From Candidatus Bipolaricaulia bacterium (GTDB lineage: Bacteria; Bipolaricaulota; Bipolaricaulia; RBG-16-55-9): a stretch of DNA of 64,000 nucleotides. Position 1 is the stretch's first letter, and each line of letters opens with the position of its first letter. Position numbers and translations under genes: made by a program. The notes beneath the pieces are model-generated. The model saw only the letters and a program-made list of their open reading frames with translations, was not told the origin of the DNA and did not search any database. The stretch covers positions 78,293 through 142,292 of the forward strand of contig JBDGQO010000003.1 of the NCBI GenBank assembly GCA_042219045.1. The letters run 5' to 3'. Below are positions 18,455 through 26,789 of this stretch, one piece after another.

Positions 18455-19198
18455 TTATTGGCTACTGTTGCTGGATGAAGCCGTCTTTAGCCGATTCCAG
18501 ACGGGCGAGGTGATGTTGTCCATCAGCCCCTCTTGGCGATAAATGATGGTGTCCTTGATATTGAAAACGGCTGTGTAGCCGCGCTCCTTGGCAATGGCTC
18601 TCACGGCTGCCTGTATCGGTTTGGCCACCACGTTTAGCGTGACGTCCTGGAGCTTCCGCTGCAGCTGGGTGGCTTGAAGTTGGGCTTCGGATCGCGACAG
18701 TTCGCCGTTTTGAACCTTTTGTCGAAGCGATTGGATCTGGCTTTGAATTTTCTGGACCTCGCTCTGGAGTTTCTTCTTCACCTCGGGGTTCTCGTTCTGA
18801 TACCGGGTAGCGAGCTCGTTGACGCGGACCACGGCAACGTTGGCCCACGGTGACGACCCGCCACTTGGTGTGGATCCGTTCCCTGATACGCTCGTGGAGA
18901 TCGTCTCGATGCGGCTCTCCAGTTGCGAGATCCGGTCGGCGAGCGCTTGGCTGTCCCCGCTCCGGATCTCTTGGACCTGCTGCTCCAGTTGATTCATACG
19001 TTCCTGGAGTGAGCTAACTTGATCCTTGCCCGCGAATTGGCCTTCGAGCTCGTTGATGCGTTGATCCAAGATGCTGATCTGCTCTTGGAGGTCACTCACT
19101 TTCTGGGCGCTCGATCCCCCGAGAACTTGAGACCCAATCAAGAGCCCCACGATGAGCGCGATAACGCCGACGATTCCGATCGTAACGGTCTGCTTCAT
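18455..19198 (-). CDS. Second OmpH/Skp-family protein with N-terminal TM segment and coiled-coil extension
   Basis: VAVVRVNEL...VRAIAKERGYTAVFN...DNITSPVWNRL; N-terminal hydrophobic helix and about 70-aa heptad repeat; GAGGAGG RBS. Confidence 0.72.
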   Translation of the reverse strand: MKQTVTIGIVGVIALIVGLLIGSQVLGGSSAQKVSDLQEQISILDQRINELEGQFAGKDQVSSLQERMNQLEQQVQEIRSGDSQALADRISQLESRIETISTSVSGNGSTPSGGSSPWANVAVVRVNELATRYQNENPEVKKKLQSEVQKIQSQIQSLRQKVQNGELSRSEAQLQATQLQRKLQDVTLNVVAKPIQAAVRAIAKERGYTAVFNIKDTIIYRQEGLMDNITSPVWNRLKTASSSNSSQ

Positions 19199-19218
19199 GG
19201 CTGAGAAAGCCTCCTCAT

Positions 19219-21693
19219 CTAAAAGAACGTGCCGAAGCCGAAGACGGCCTGGACGGTCTTCACTCGGTCGGTGATCGGCCAGGCCATCGCCAAACGGACC
19301 GGCCCGACATAGGGAGCCGTCAGCCGGCCCTCAACGCCGACCGACTTTCGCCAGACGTCGCCGTCGGTGCCGATGTCGGCGAAGAACGCCACGGAGACAT
19401 TGGCCTGCGGCTCCAGGAGGATCCGGTATTCGAGGTTAGCAAAGCCAATGGATGGCCCTCGGACCGTCTCCACGCTGCGTACGGTCGATGCGCTACCCAG
19501 GGTGAACTCCTCTTGAGCGGGCAACCGCGAGCCGGCTTTGCCGACCAAGCGCAGGGCAAATGTCTGATTCTCAATGGTGGGCCAGTGCTGGACAATGGTC
19601 CCCTCGATCTTGGTGAAGGGGGTGCCGACGCCGAAGAGGCCGGCTCGCTCTATGGAGATCTGGCGCTGACCGCCGCGCGTGGCGAACCTCGGGTTGTTCC
19701 GGTCGTCTTGATTGAAGGACAGCGAGGCCACCGAGACGCGGCTGGATTCGGGGGTCAAGTTTTGCTGATCCAGAAATTCTTTCTTGACCCACTCTTGGCG
19801 CATGCCAACTTCCGCTTGGGCATCGCCGCTGACCGGGACGGTCAACGAGGCCTTGCCGCCACGGCGCCGTAGCCAATATTTGCCCTTGTCGCTCGAGGAT
19901 TTTCGGCTCGTCTTGTTGTAGACGTTGATGTTGAGCGAATCGGTCCCCGGCACCAGCAAACGGCCCTGATAGTCAAGGTTGAAGTTGGTCGCAGTTTGGC
20001 CGACGACGCCGCGATCGACGCTGATCGACACGTCCTGGCCGAGTCCGTAGAGGTTCTTGCCGCTCAGGCTGAGCTGACCGACCAAGCCCTTACCTGAAAC
20101 GGAGAACCCGCCGTTGAGGCTGCCGGTCTTCTGCTTCTCCTCAGTCGAGATGATCACGCGGACGCCCCCGGAGTCGAGTCGCTCGAAGTTGTAGTTGACG
20201 CTGCTAAAATAACCGAGCTTCTGGAGCCTCCGATAGGATTCTTGGAGCCGGAACTGATTGGCAAGGTCGCCGGCGCTGAACGTCAGCTGCGTCCGGATGA
20301 TCTCCGGTTCCGTCCGAGGCAGATCGCTCGTGCTGGCCGTCCCCAAGAACTGGCCGAGCATGGTGCCGAACTCGCTCACCATGCGCTTAATTCCTCCGTT
20401 GCCTCCCGATGTCGACGACTGTTGTTGTTGGCTCGCCTTCTCGCCCGACTCGGTGGCCTTCGCCGACGCGTCGATGGAGAGTTCCTTCATGCCCTGCTTG
20501 GGGGTAATGCGGGCGGTCTGATAGCCGTTCTGCTTGATCAGGATCTCGTTGATCCGGCCCTCTCGGATCTCGAGCGTCAGGATGCCATTCTCAAGCGATT
20601 GACGCGCAAACGTGGCCATCATGAAGCCGTCGTCGCGGTAGAGCTCATAGACGTCCTGTAGCGCCTGGAGAAGCTCGAAGTTCGTGAGCTCGCCCTCGGG
20701 CAGCGCCAGCCGGCTCTGCAGCTCGGAGGTAGAGAACGCCGTGACGCCCTCGAAGCGGATCTCGTCTATGGTCTGCGGTTTGTCGATCAACGTTCGCGGC
20801 GCCAGTCGCACGAGCAGCTTGAGCTTGTCCGGTGAGCTTCCCGGCTGCGGCCCGACCTGTTGGACGCGGAAGAAGATCGACTCGTTCAGCGACTGGACGG
20901 CCTGTTGGATCGTCTTCTGCTTGGCCGGTCGATCGTTCGGGATCCCCGACAGCATCGCTTTCGCCTTTTCCTTGAACGGGCCTTCGACCCCCTGGACCTG
21001 GACCGACTCAATGACGGCCTCGACGATCCCGATCCTCAGCGTTTCGCCCGGCTGGATTTGGTTGAAGCCGACGAGGCTGTAGCCCTTGTTCTGGTACTCG
21101 TGACAGATGCTCGGCGTCGGCGGATTCGGTTTGCACTGACCCTGCTTGTTGATGCCGAGCGCCGTGCGCAGCTTCTTGGTGTTGAGAACCTTTCCAGTCT
21201 CAATGCCGTTCTTCTTCAGGATCTCCTTGAGACGTTCGGTTGTCACGAGATAGTCGACAAACGGCCAGGGCACGTTCCAGTCAACCACGGGAATGTGGAG
21301 TTGCTGGTCGGCGTTGTAGTTGGTGTTGCCGGTGATCTCGATCTTCTGGACCACCGGATTCTCCGTGACGTCGACGATGACGATGATCCCATTCTCGGCC
21401 ATGCGGTAGTCCACGCTCACGTTCTGGAACAGCCCGACGTCCATGAGCGCGGTCTGGGCCCGTTTGATGTCGTCGGGCAGCGTAATCTTCTCGTCCACCG
21501 CAAACGGCAGAGCCGAACGGATCCTTGAGGTGTCGACGTGCGTGTTGCCTTGAACCTGGATCTGGGCGACCTTGGCGGTCTGCGATTCGGCGCCGTCCTG
21601 CGCCGCGCCCAGGAATGCAAAACCGCCGATCAGGCTCGCGACGAGCGCCACGACGAGTGCCGCCCGTTGCAGAGTGAACGTCTTGTGGGGCAT
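19219..21693 (-). CDS. bamA: Omp85/BamA outer membrane protein assembly factor
   Basis: Signal peptide, POTRA repeats (IQVQGN...LMDVGLFQNV; LQKLGYFSSV), barrel region NLYGLGQ, FTLGSASTVR, ANLEYR, VGPVRL, C-terminal FGFGTFF. Confidence 0.88.
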   Translation of the reverse strand: MPHKTFTLQRAALVVALVASLIGGFAFLGAAQDGAESQTAKVAQIQVQGNTHVDTSRIRSALPFAVDEKITLPDDIKRAQTALMDVGLFQNVSVDYRMAENGIIVIVDVTENPVVQKIEITGNTNYNADQQLHIPVVDWNVPWPFVDYLVTTERLKEILKKNGIETGKVLNTKKLRTALGINKQGQCKPNPPTPSICHEYQNKGYSLVGFNQIQPGETLRIGIVEAVIESVQVQGVEGPFKEKAKAMLSGIPNDRPAKQKTIQQAVQSLNESIFFRVQQVGPQPGSSPDKLKLLVRLAPRTLIDKPQTIDEIRFEGVTAFSTSELQSRLALPEGELTNFELLQALQDVYELYRDDGFMMATFARQSLENGILTLEIREGRINEILIKQNGYQTARITPKQGMKELSIDASAKATESGEKASQQQQSSTSGGNGGIKRMVSEFGTMLGQFLGTASTSDLPRTEPEIIRTQLTFSAGDLANQFRLQESYRRLQKLGYFSSVNYNFERLDSGGVRVIISTEEKQKTGSLNGGFSVSGKGLVGQLSLSGKNLYGLGQDVSISVDRGVVGQTATNFNLDYQGRLLVPGTDSLNINVYNKTSRKSSSDKGKYWLRRRGGKASLTVPVSGDAQAEVGMRQEWVKKEFLDQQNLTPESSRVSVASLSFNQDDRNNPRFATRGGQRQISIERAGLFGVGTPFTKIEGTIVQHWPTIENQTFALRLVGKAGSRLPAQEEFTLGSASTVRSVETVRGPSIGFANLEYRILLEPQANVSVAFFADIGTDGDVWRKSVGVEGRLTAPYVGPVRLAMAWPITDRVKTVQAVFGFGTFF

Positions 21694-23238
21694 CTAGACT
21701 CCTCCCTCGATCGATTCGAGCGAACTGCGGTATTGAATAGCTTCCGCTACGTGAGCGGGCTCGATGCGCGCCGACCCCTCCAGATCGGCAATCGTGCGCG
21801 AGACCTTGAGCACGCGATTGTAGGCTCGAGCGCTTAGATGGTACCGATCAATGGCGCGCTCAAGCAACGTACGGCCGTCGTCGCTGAGCAGACAGTGCTC
21901 GCGCAGCTCGCTTACCCCCATGTGGGCGTTCAGGTGCGTTGATGTGCCCTGAAACCGCTCACGTTGGCTCGTGTGGGCATTAACCACGCGCTCGCGAATC
22001 GAGGGAGAAGCCTCGCCGGTCGGCTTGCCCATGAGCTCGTCGCGCGTCAGTCGGGGGACTTCCACGAAGAGATCCATGCGGTCCAGAAACGGCCCGGAGA
22101 TGCGCTTGCGGTAGCGCTCGATGTCGATGGACCGGCAACGGCAGGCCTTTTCCGGATCGCCGGCGTGACCGCACGGACAGGGATTCATGGCCGTTATCAG
22201 CGTCAACCGGGCGGGAAACGTCACGGCCGTGGAGGCCCGCGAGAGCGTGATCTGGTGTTCCTCCAAAGGCTGGCGGAGCGTCTCCAAGACGGTCCGATCG
22301 AACTCCGGCAGCTCGTCGAGAAACAGCACGCCGTGCTGGGCCAGGCTGATCTCGCCCGGTCGGGGCACGCCATGGCCGCCGCCGACCATGCCGGCATACG
22401 AGACCGTGTGATGCGGAGCGCGGAACGGGCGCCGCACGATGAGCGGCTCGTCGCGCGTCAACAGCCCCATGATGCTGTGGATGCGGGTGACGTCGACGGC
22501 CTCGTCGAACGCCAGGGGCGGCATGATCGTCGGAAGTCGCTTCGCGAGCATGCTCTTGCCCGAACCCGGCGGCCCAACCATGAGGACGTTGTGGCCCCCC
22601 GCCGCCGCGATCTCCAGGGCCCGCTTGGCTTGGGCTTGGCCGCGGATCTCGCTCAGGTCAACGTGATACGTTTCGTGCTGACGGAAGTAGGCCTCGACGT
22701 CGAACGTGTGAGGCTGGAGCCGGAGCTCGCCGTTCAGAAATCGAATCGCTTCGTCCAAGGTCCGAACGCCGTAGACGTCGACGTCGTCCACGAGCGCCGC
22801 TTCCTCGGCGTTGCCCTCCGCGACCAGGAGCGCATCGATGGCGTCGTTCTCGGCGGCATGGAGCGCCACGGGCAACGCCCCATCGACGGGACGGAGCTCG
22901 CCATCCAGCGACAGTTCCCCGAAGACGAGGATGCGTTGGAGGCTCGTCTCAGGAAGCTGCTCGGACGCCACGAGAATGGCCAAGGCCAAGGGGAGATCGA
23001 GCCCGACGCCCTCTTTCTTGACATCGGCGGGAGCGAGGTTGGCGGTGATCTTCTTCGTGGGGAACGCATAATCGGAGTTCTTGATCGCACTGCGGATGCG
23101 CTCGCGGCTCTCCTGGACTTCCTTTTCGGGCAACCCGACGATGGTGAACGCCGGCAAGCCGCTGGAGATGTCGCACTGCACGTCGACGCTGGTCGCTTCC
23201 AGGCCGACGACCGCGCCGCTGTGAGCCTCGGCGAACAT
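21694..23238 (-). CDS. comM: YifB/ComM Mg-chelatase-like AAA+ ATPase
   Basis: IVGLPEKEVQESRER, NLAPAD, GPPGSGKSM, RPFRAPHH, GVLFLDELPEF, MNPCPCG, RTIADL. Confidence 0.93.
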   Translation of the reverse strand: MFAEAHSGAVVGLEATSVDVQCDISSGLPAFTIVGLPEKEVQESRERIRSAIKNSDYAFPTKKITANLAPADVKKEGVGLDLPLALAILVASEQLPETSLQRILVFGELSLDGELRPVDGALPVALHAAENDAIDALLVAEGNAEEAALVDDVDVYGVRTLDEAIRFLNGELRLQPHTFDVEAYFRQHETYHVDLSEIRGQAQAKRALEIAAAGGHNVLMVGPPGSGKSMLAKRLPTIMPPLAFDEAVDVTRIHSIMGLLTRDEPLIVRRPFRAPHHTVSYAGMVGGGHGVPRPGEISLAQHGVLFLDELPEFDRTVLETLRQPLEEHQITLSRASTAVTFPARLTLITAMNPCPCGHAGDPEKACRCRSIDIERYRKRISGPFLDRMDLFVEVPRLTRDELMGKPTGEASPSIRERVVNAHTSQRERFQGTSTHLNAHMGVSELREHCLLSDDGRTLLERAIDRYHLSARAYNRVLKVSRTIADLEGSARIEPAHVAEAIQYRSSLESIEGGV

Positions 23239-23243
23239 AGCGC

Positions 23244-23603
23244 TCAGCCCTCCAATCGGAACGCGTCCCGGTGGAGTCGCGCTTCGCCCTGTGACAGCGC
23301 CACGACGTCGAACCGCACGTCGAGATCCGTCGGATGCCGTGCCAGATAATGACGCGCAGTCCGGACGATCTGCCCCTGCTTGGCGCTCGTTATCGACTCC
23401 TCCGGTGCGCCGTACTGATGGGATCGCCGCGTCTTCACCTCCACGAACACGAGGCAGTCTCCGTCACGAGCGATCAAGTCGATCTCGCCGCCTCGCCAGC
23501 GATAGTTTTGCGCCAAGATGTGAAATCCCCGGTTGCGCAAAAATGCGGCCGCGCGACTTTCGCCATCTCGGCCTTCGCTGACGGTGTTTCGGTTTCGCTG
23601 CAA
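23244..23603 (-). CDS. yraN: YraN (UPF0102) family nuclease
   Basis: GESRAAAFL, GEIDLIARDG, LVFVEVKTR, VRFDVV; TTG start inferred; adjacent to comM. Confidence 0.9.
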   Translation of the reverse strand: MQRNRNTVSEGRDGESRAAAFLRNRGFHILAQNYRWRGGEIDLIARDGDCLVFVEVKTRRSHQYGAPEESITSAKQGQIVRTARHYLARHPTDLDVRFDVVALSQGEARLHRDAFRLEG

Positions 23604-23611
23604 AACAATGA

Positions 23612-23641
23612 ATGGTAGCGCAATATCCAATTTGGCGTCAA
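23612..23641 (-). promoter_or_regulatory. Sigma70-type promoter for the yraN-comM-bamA operon
   Basis: Minus strand TTGACG-N18-TACCAT, 8 nt before the inferred TTG start. Confidence 0.5.
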
Positions 23642-23750
23642 TGGGCCGACATGGACCGCGGTCCCGGAAGTCTGACGGAACGATCGAACCGACGTAATCG
23701 GGGTCACTGAAGCGCCAACCAGCCCGACCGCACAATGCGAGAGATCAACC

Positions 23751-24509
23751 ATGAAACGCCTTCGCTTCAGCCTCACCGTATTGGCCATCGCGCTCGCCGT
23801 AGGCGTCATCGGGCCGCCGCTGCCGGCTCAGACGGAAGGGCCGAGCTTTGCCGATGACCTGCGCGGCTCAACGCTCGATCGCCAACAATGGGATGTGGAG
23901 CGCTTCAAATCGCGCGGCGACATCGTCGCGACGGAAGACGGCCTCCGCATGGAGTTCACCGTGCGCAACGTCGCCGACTTCTTTGCGCACAACGTGTGGC
24001 TCAACTGCCGCATCAGCGGTGACTTCGACGCGCGCTTGAGCTATGAGCTGACCAAGTGGCCGCGTGACAGCGGCATACGGCTCGGTTTGGGCGTCCATCC
24101 GAACCCGAAGCCGTTCGGATCCACCACGCTTCACGGCGTCTTCGGCGATCCGAGCGGCAAGCGAACGGCGATCGCCGAGCGGATCAGCCTCAAGCGTGGC
24201 GCGGCCTCCACCTATCCAAGCGGCGGCCAGTTCTATCTCTCTGAGATGAACGGACGCGAGGGTCGGTTGTTCGTCACCACCGACATGGAAGGCCAAGTGC
24301 GCATCTCTCGCGAGAACACCACGTACAAAGCCTGGTACTACGACGACGGCGGCGACTTGTGGATTCCGACCGGGCAGTGGAGCGTCCACCCCGACCTCCG
24401 CGAGGACGAATGGGCCACGATCCAACTCTGGGGTCGCGAAAGCAGCCCGAACGTTGAAGTCCTCGTGCGCGACTTTTCCCTGAATGCCGACGAATTGGAA
24501 TGTCCCTAA
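23751..24509 (+). CDS. Hypothetical exported protein, probably beta-rich
   Basis: Signal peptide MKRLRFSLTVLAIALAVG...PA; protein-like composition; no family recognised. Confidence 0.7.
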   Translation: MKRLRFSLTVLAIALAVGVIGPPLPAQTEGPSFADDLRGSTLDRQQWDVERFKSRGDIVATEDGLRMEFTVRNVADFFAHNVWLNCRISGDFDARLSYELTKWPRDSGIRLGLGVHPNPKPFGSTTLHGVFGDPSGKRTAIAERISLKRGAASTYPSGGQFYLSEMNGREGRLFVTTDMEGQVRISRENTTYKAWYYDDGGDLWIPTGQWSVHPDLREDEWATIQLWGRESSPNVEVLVRDFSLNADELECP

Positions 24510-24554
24510 ACTCATCGGCCATGAGCGGTTGAAGTCGGGCAACTCCGTGGACGG

Positions 24555-26249
24555 TTAATTCTCGAGCGCGGAGCCATTCGGCCCAGGGTGTCGCACGTCA
24601 ACGATCCCGCTGGCGATCTCCTGGAAGATCGGCGCGGCCGTGAGCCCGCCATAGTATTGCTCGGCCTGCACGTCGTCGAGCACGACCAGAATCAGATACC
24701 GCGGGTCGTCGGCGGGGAAGAACCCGCCGAACAACGAGGTGTATCGTCCTTTGACGTAGCCGCGGCCCGGAATGGCTTTCTGCCCGGTGCCCGACTTGCC
24801 GGCGACTCGAAAGCCGTTCACTTGGGCGTAAACGCCCGTGCCGCGATCGCCGTGGACGACCTGCTCCATCATCGACGTCAACTGCGCCACATGCGTCCGA
24901 TCGGCAATACGCTCGGATGCATCGTTGGTCTCCGATGACCCGGAATTGGCCCCCCCTTGCACGAGCTGCAGCGGTTCCAGACGGCCCCCATTGGCGATGG
25001 CACTGTACGCCCGCGTCAACTGGAGCCCCGTCACGGAGATGCCCTGACCGATCGGGATCGTGCCGATGGACAGCTCGGACCAATCCTCCAACGGCCGCAG
25101 CGTCCCCGCCGCTTCGCCCGGCAACGCCAACGATGTCTCCTCGCCGAAGCGCATGCGACTCAAGAAGCGATACAGTCGTTCTTGACCCAGATCCTGCGCG
25201 ATGCGGACGATGCCCGTGTTGACCGACATCTCCAGCACTTCGGACGGCGAGACCGTGCCGTAACTTCGGTGTTCTGCGTTGTTGATGCGATGGCCGGCGA
25301 TCGTGACAGGGCTATCGCCGTTGATCGCGTCGCCCGGCTGCACGCTCCCCGCCTGCAGCGCGGCCAGCATCGCAAAGGGCTTGAACGTCGAGCCCGGCTC
25401 AAATGGCCGAATGGCCGCCAGGTTGGCCCGCTGCTCGGGCGACGAGCTCCGAAACTCGTTCAAATCATACGTCTTGTCCTGGGCGATCGCGAGCAGCTCG
25501 CCCGTCTGGGGCTTGGCCACAACGGCAAATCCGCCCTTGGCCTGGTACTCAGCCACGCCCGCTTGGATCTCGGACTCGGCGATCGCTTGGATCCGCGCGT
25601 CCAGGGTCAGCTTCAGGTCGTCGCCCGCGCGGCCCGGCTGGATAATGCGCTCCTCCAAGACCGTCCCGTTGGCGCCTCGAACGACGGATCGTTTCTCACG
25701 TTGGCCGCTCAGGTGTTCGTCGTAGGCCCGCTCCAGGCCTTCCAGGCCCTCGTTGTCGATGCCGGCGAAGCCGATCACGTTGGATGCGAGCGAGCCTTGG
25801 GGATAAGCGCGTTCCCACTCGGGCTTGAAGATCAGTCCCTCAACCCCCTTCGCTTCCGCGTCCGCCTTCAGGGCCTCGGCCGTCGTCGGATCGACCTTGC
25901 GGGCGATCCAGGTGAAGTACGATGGGCGGTAAATGCGATCCTCAGCTTCCTGCTCCGACAGACCGAGATGCTTGACGACCAGATCCGTCAGCAGCTCCGG
26001 CTTGGTCATGCGATAGTTGTCCAGCGCCACGGAGGTGGCGCGGACGTCGAACGCCAGGCGGCGGCCGTGACGGTCGAGGATCGATCCGCGGGGTTGGGTC
26101 TGAGTCACTTGGCGGACTTGGATCTGCTCAGCCCGGTCGCGCCACTGCCCGTGCTCGAGAATTTGGAGATCGACGAGCCGGACCGTGGAAGTCAGCAGAA
26201 AGACCATGAGGCTTCCCATGACGGCGTAGAGGCGCCATCGCTCCGTCAT
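24555..26249 (-). CDS. ftsI: Class B penicillin-binding protein (FtsI/PBP3-like)
   Basis: N-terminal TM, RGSILDR, RAYPQG, GLEGLE, SxxK (GSTFK), SxN (SVN), KSGT; downstream of an ftsL-like gene. Confidence 0.9.
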   Translation of the reverse strand: MTERWRLYAVMGSLMVFLLTSTVRLVDLQILEHGQWRDRAEQIQVRQVTQTQPRGSILDRHGRRLAFDVRATSVALDNYRMTKPELLTDLVVKHLGLSEQEAEDRIYRPSYFTWIARKVDPTTAEALKADAEAKGVEGLIFKPEWERAYPQGSLASNVIGFAGIDNEGLEGLERAYDEHLSGQREKRSVVRGANGTVLEERIIQPGRAGDDLKLTLDARIQAIAESEIQAGVAEYQAKGGFAVVAKPQTGELLAIAQDKTYDLNEFRSSSPEQRANLAAIRPFEPGSTFKPFAMLAALQAGSVQPGDAINGDSPVTIAGHRINNAEHRSYGTVSPSEVLEMSVNTGIVRIAQDLGQERLYRFLSRMRFGEETSLALPGEAAGTLRPLEDWSELSIGTIPIGQGISVTGLQLTRAYSAIANGGRLEPLQLVQGGANSGSSETNDASERIADRTHVAQLTSMMEQVVHGDRGTGVYAQVNGFRVAGKSGTGQKAIPGRGYVKGRYTSLFGGFFPADDPRYLILVVLDDVQAEQYYGGLTAAPIFQEIASGIVDVRHPGPNGSALEN

Positions 26250-26587
26250 GGCGGATCGCTGTCGCTTGCGGAACGCTCAAGATATCGCAGTTCTTCGGGG
26301 CGGCTCATGTTGAGCTGTTCCTCCGCGATGCGCTCGATCCGCTCCAGGGAAAACGCCCGTTCGACCTCGAACTGCGTGCGCCTGTGCTCCGCTTTGGCCG
26401 CTTCAAGTTGAGTTTGGGCCTTTTGGAGCTCGTTGTAAGCGGCGACCCACCGCCACGACTGCGACAAGAACACGAGCGAGAGGGCCACGACGATCGCCAG
26501 CCCTAGGATCAGTAGATGGCGCTGGCTGAGCCTGGGCCCTTCGATCTCGGACGTCTCCCGCGTTTGCCGTCGCCTCGTATGGGCCAT
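26246..26587 (-). CDS. ftsL: Cell division protein FtsL-like
   Basis: Short basic N-terminus, single TM, coiled coil, ERIERIAEEQLNM..P motif; ATGA overlap with ftsI; AAGGA RBS. Confidence 0.78.
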   Translation of the reverse strand: MAHTRRRQTRETSEIEGPRLSQRHLLILGLAIVVALSLVFLSQSWRWVAAYNELQKAQTQLEAAKAEHRRTQFEVERAFSLERIERIAEEQLNMSRPEELRYLERSASDSDPP

Positions 26588-26665
26588 GGCGTTCCTTGAC
26601 TGTAAGAACGTCGCCGATCGAGCCCAAGGACAGGCGTCTCCCGGCAACGTCGGGATGTCAGCGTA

Positions 26666-26694
26666 TTGACGGGAGCCGGGATGCCGTCTACAAT
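26666..26694 (+). promoter_or_regulatory. Sigma70-type promoter of the trp operon
   Basis: TTGACG (26666-26671)-N17-TACAAT (26689-26694). Confidence 0.75.
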
Positions 26695-26735
26695 CGCCCT
26701 TCACCAAACCCCAACTAATAATGAGGTGATGGGTC

Positions 26736-26789
26736 ATGGACATTGTCACAAAGGGTGGTCGACTTTGGTCCGGCTCCCAACGTCGCTAA
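26736..26789 (+). other. Upstream ORF MDIVTKGGRLWSGSQRR; candidate 0-frame of a +1 frameshift into trpE
   Basis: Strong SD GAGGTGAT (26723-26730) before ATG 26736; single Trp codon within CTT TGG (26763-26768); TAA at 26787-26789; TrpE is in the +1 frame. Confidence 0.55.
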
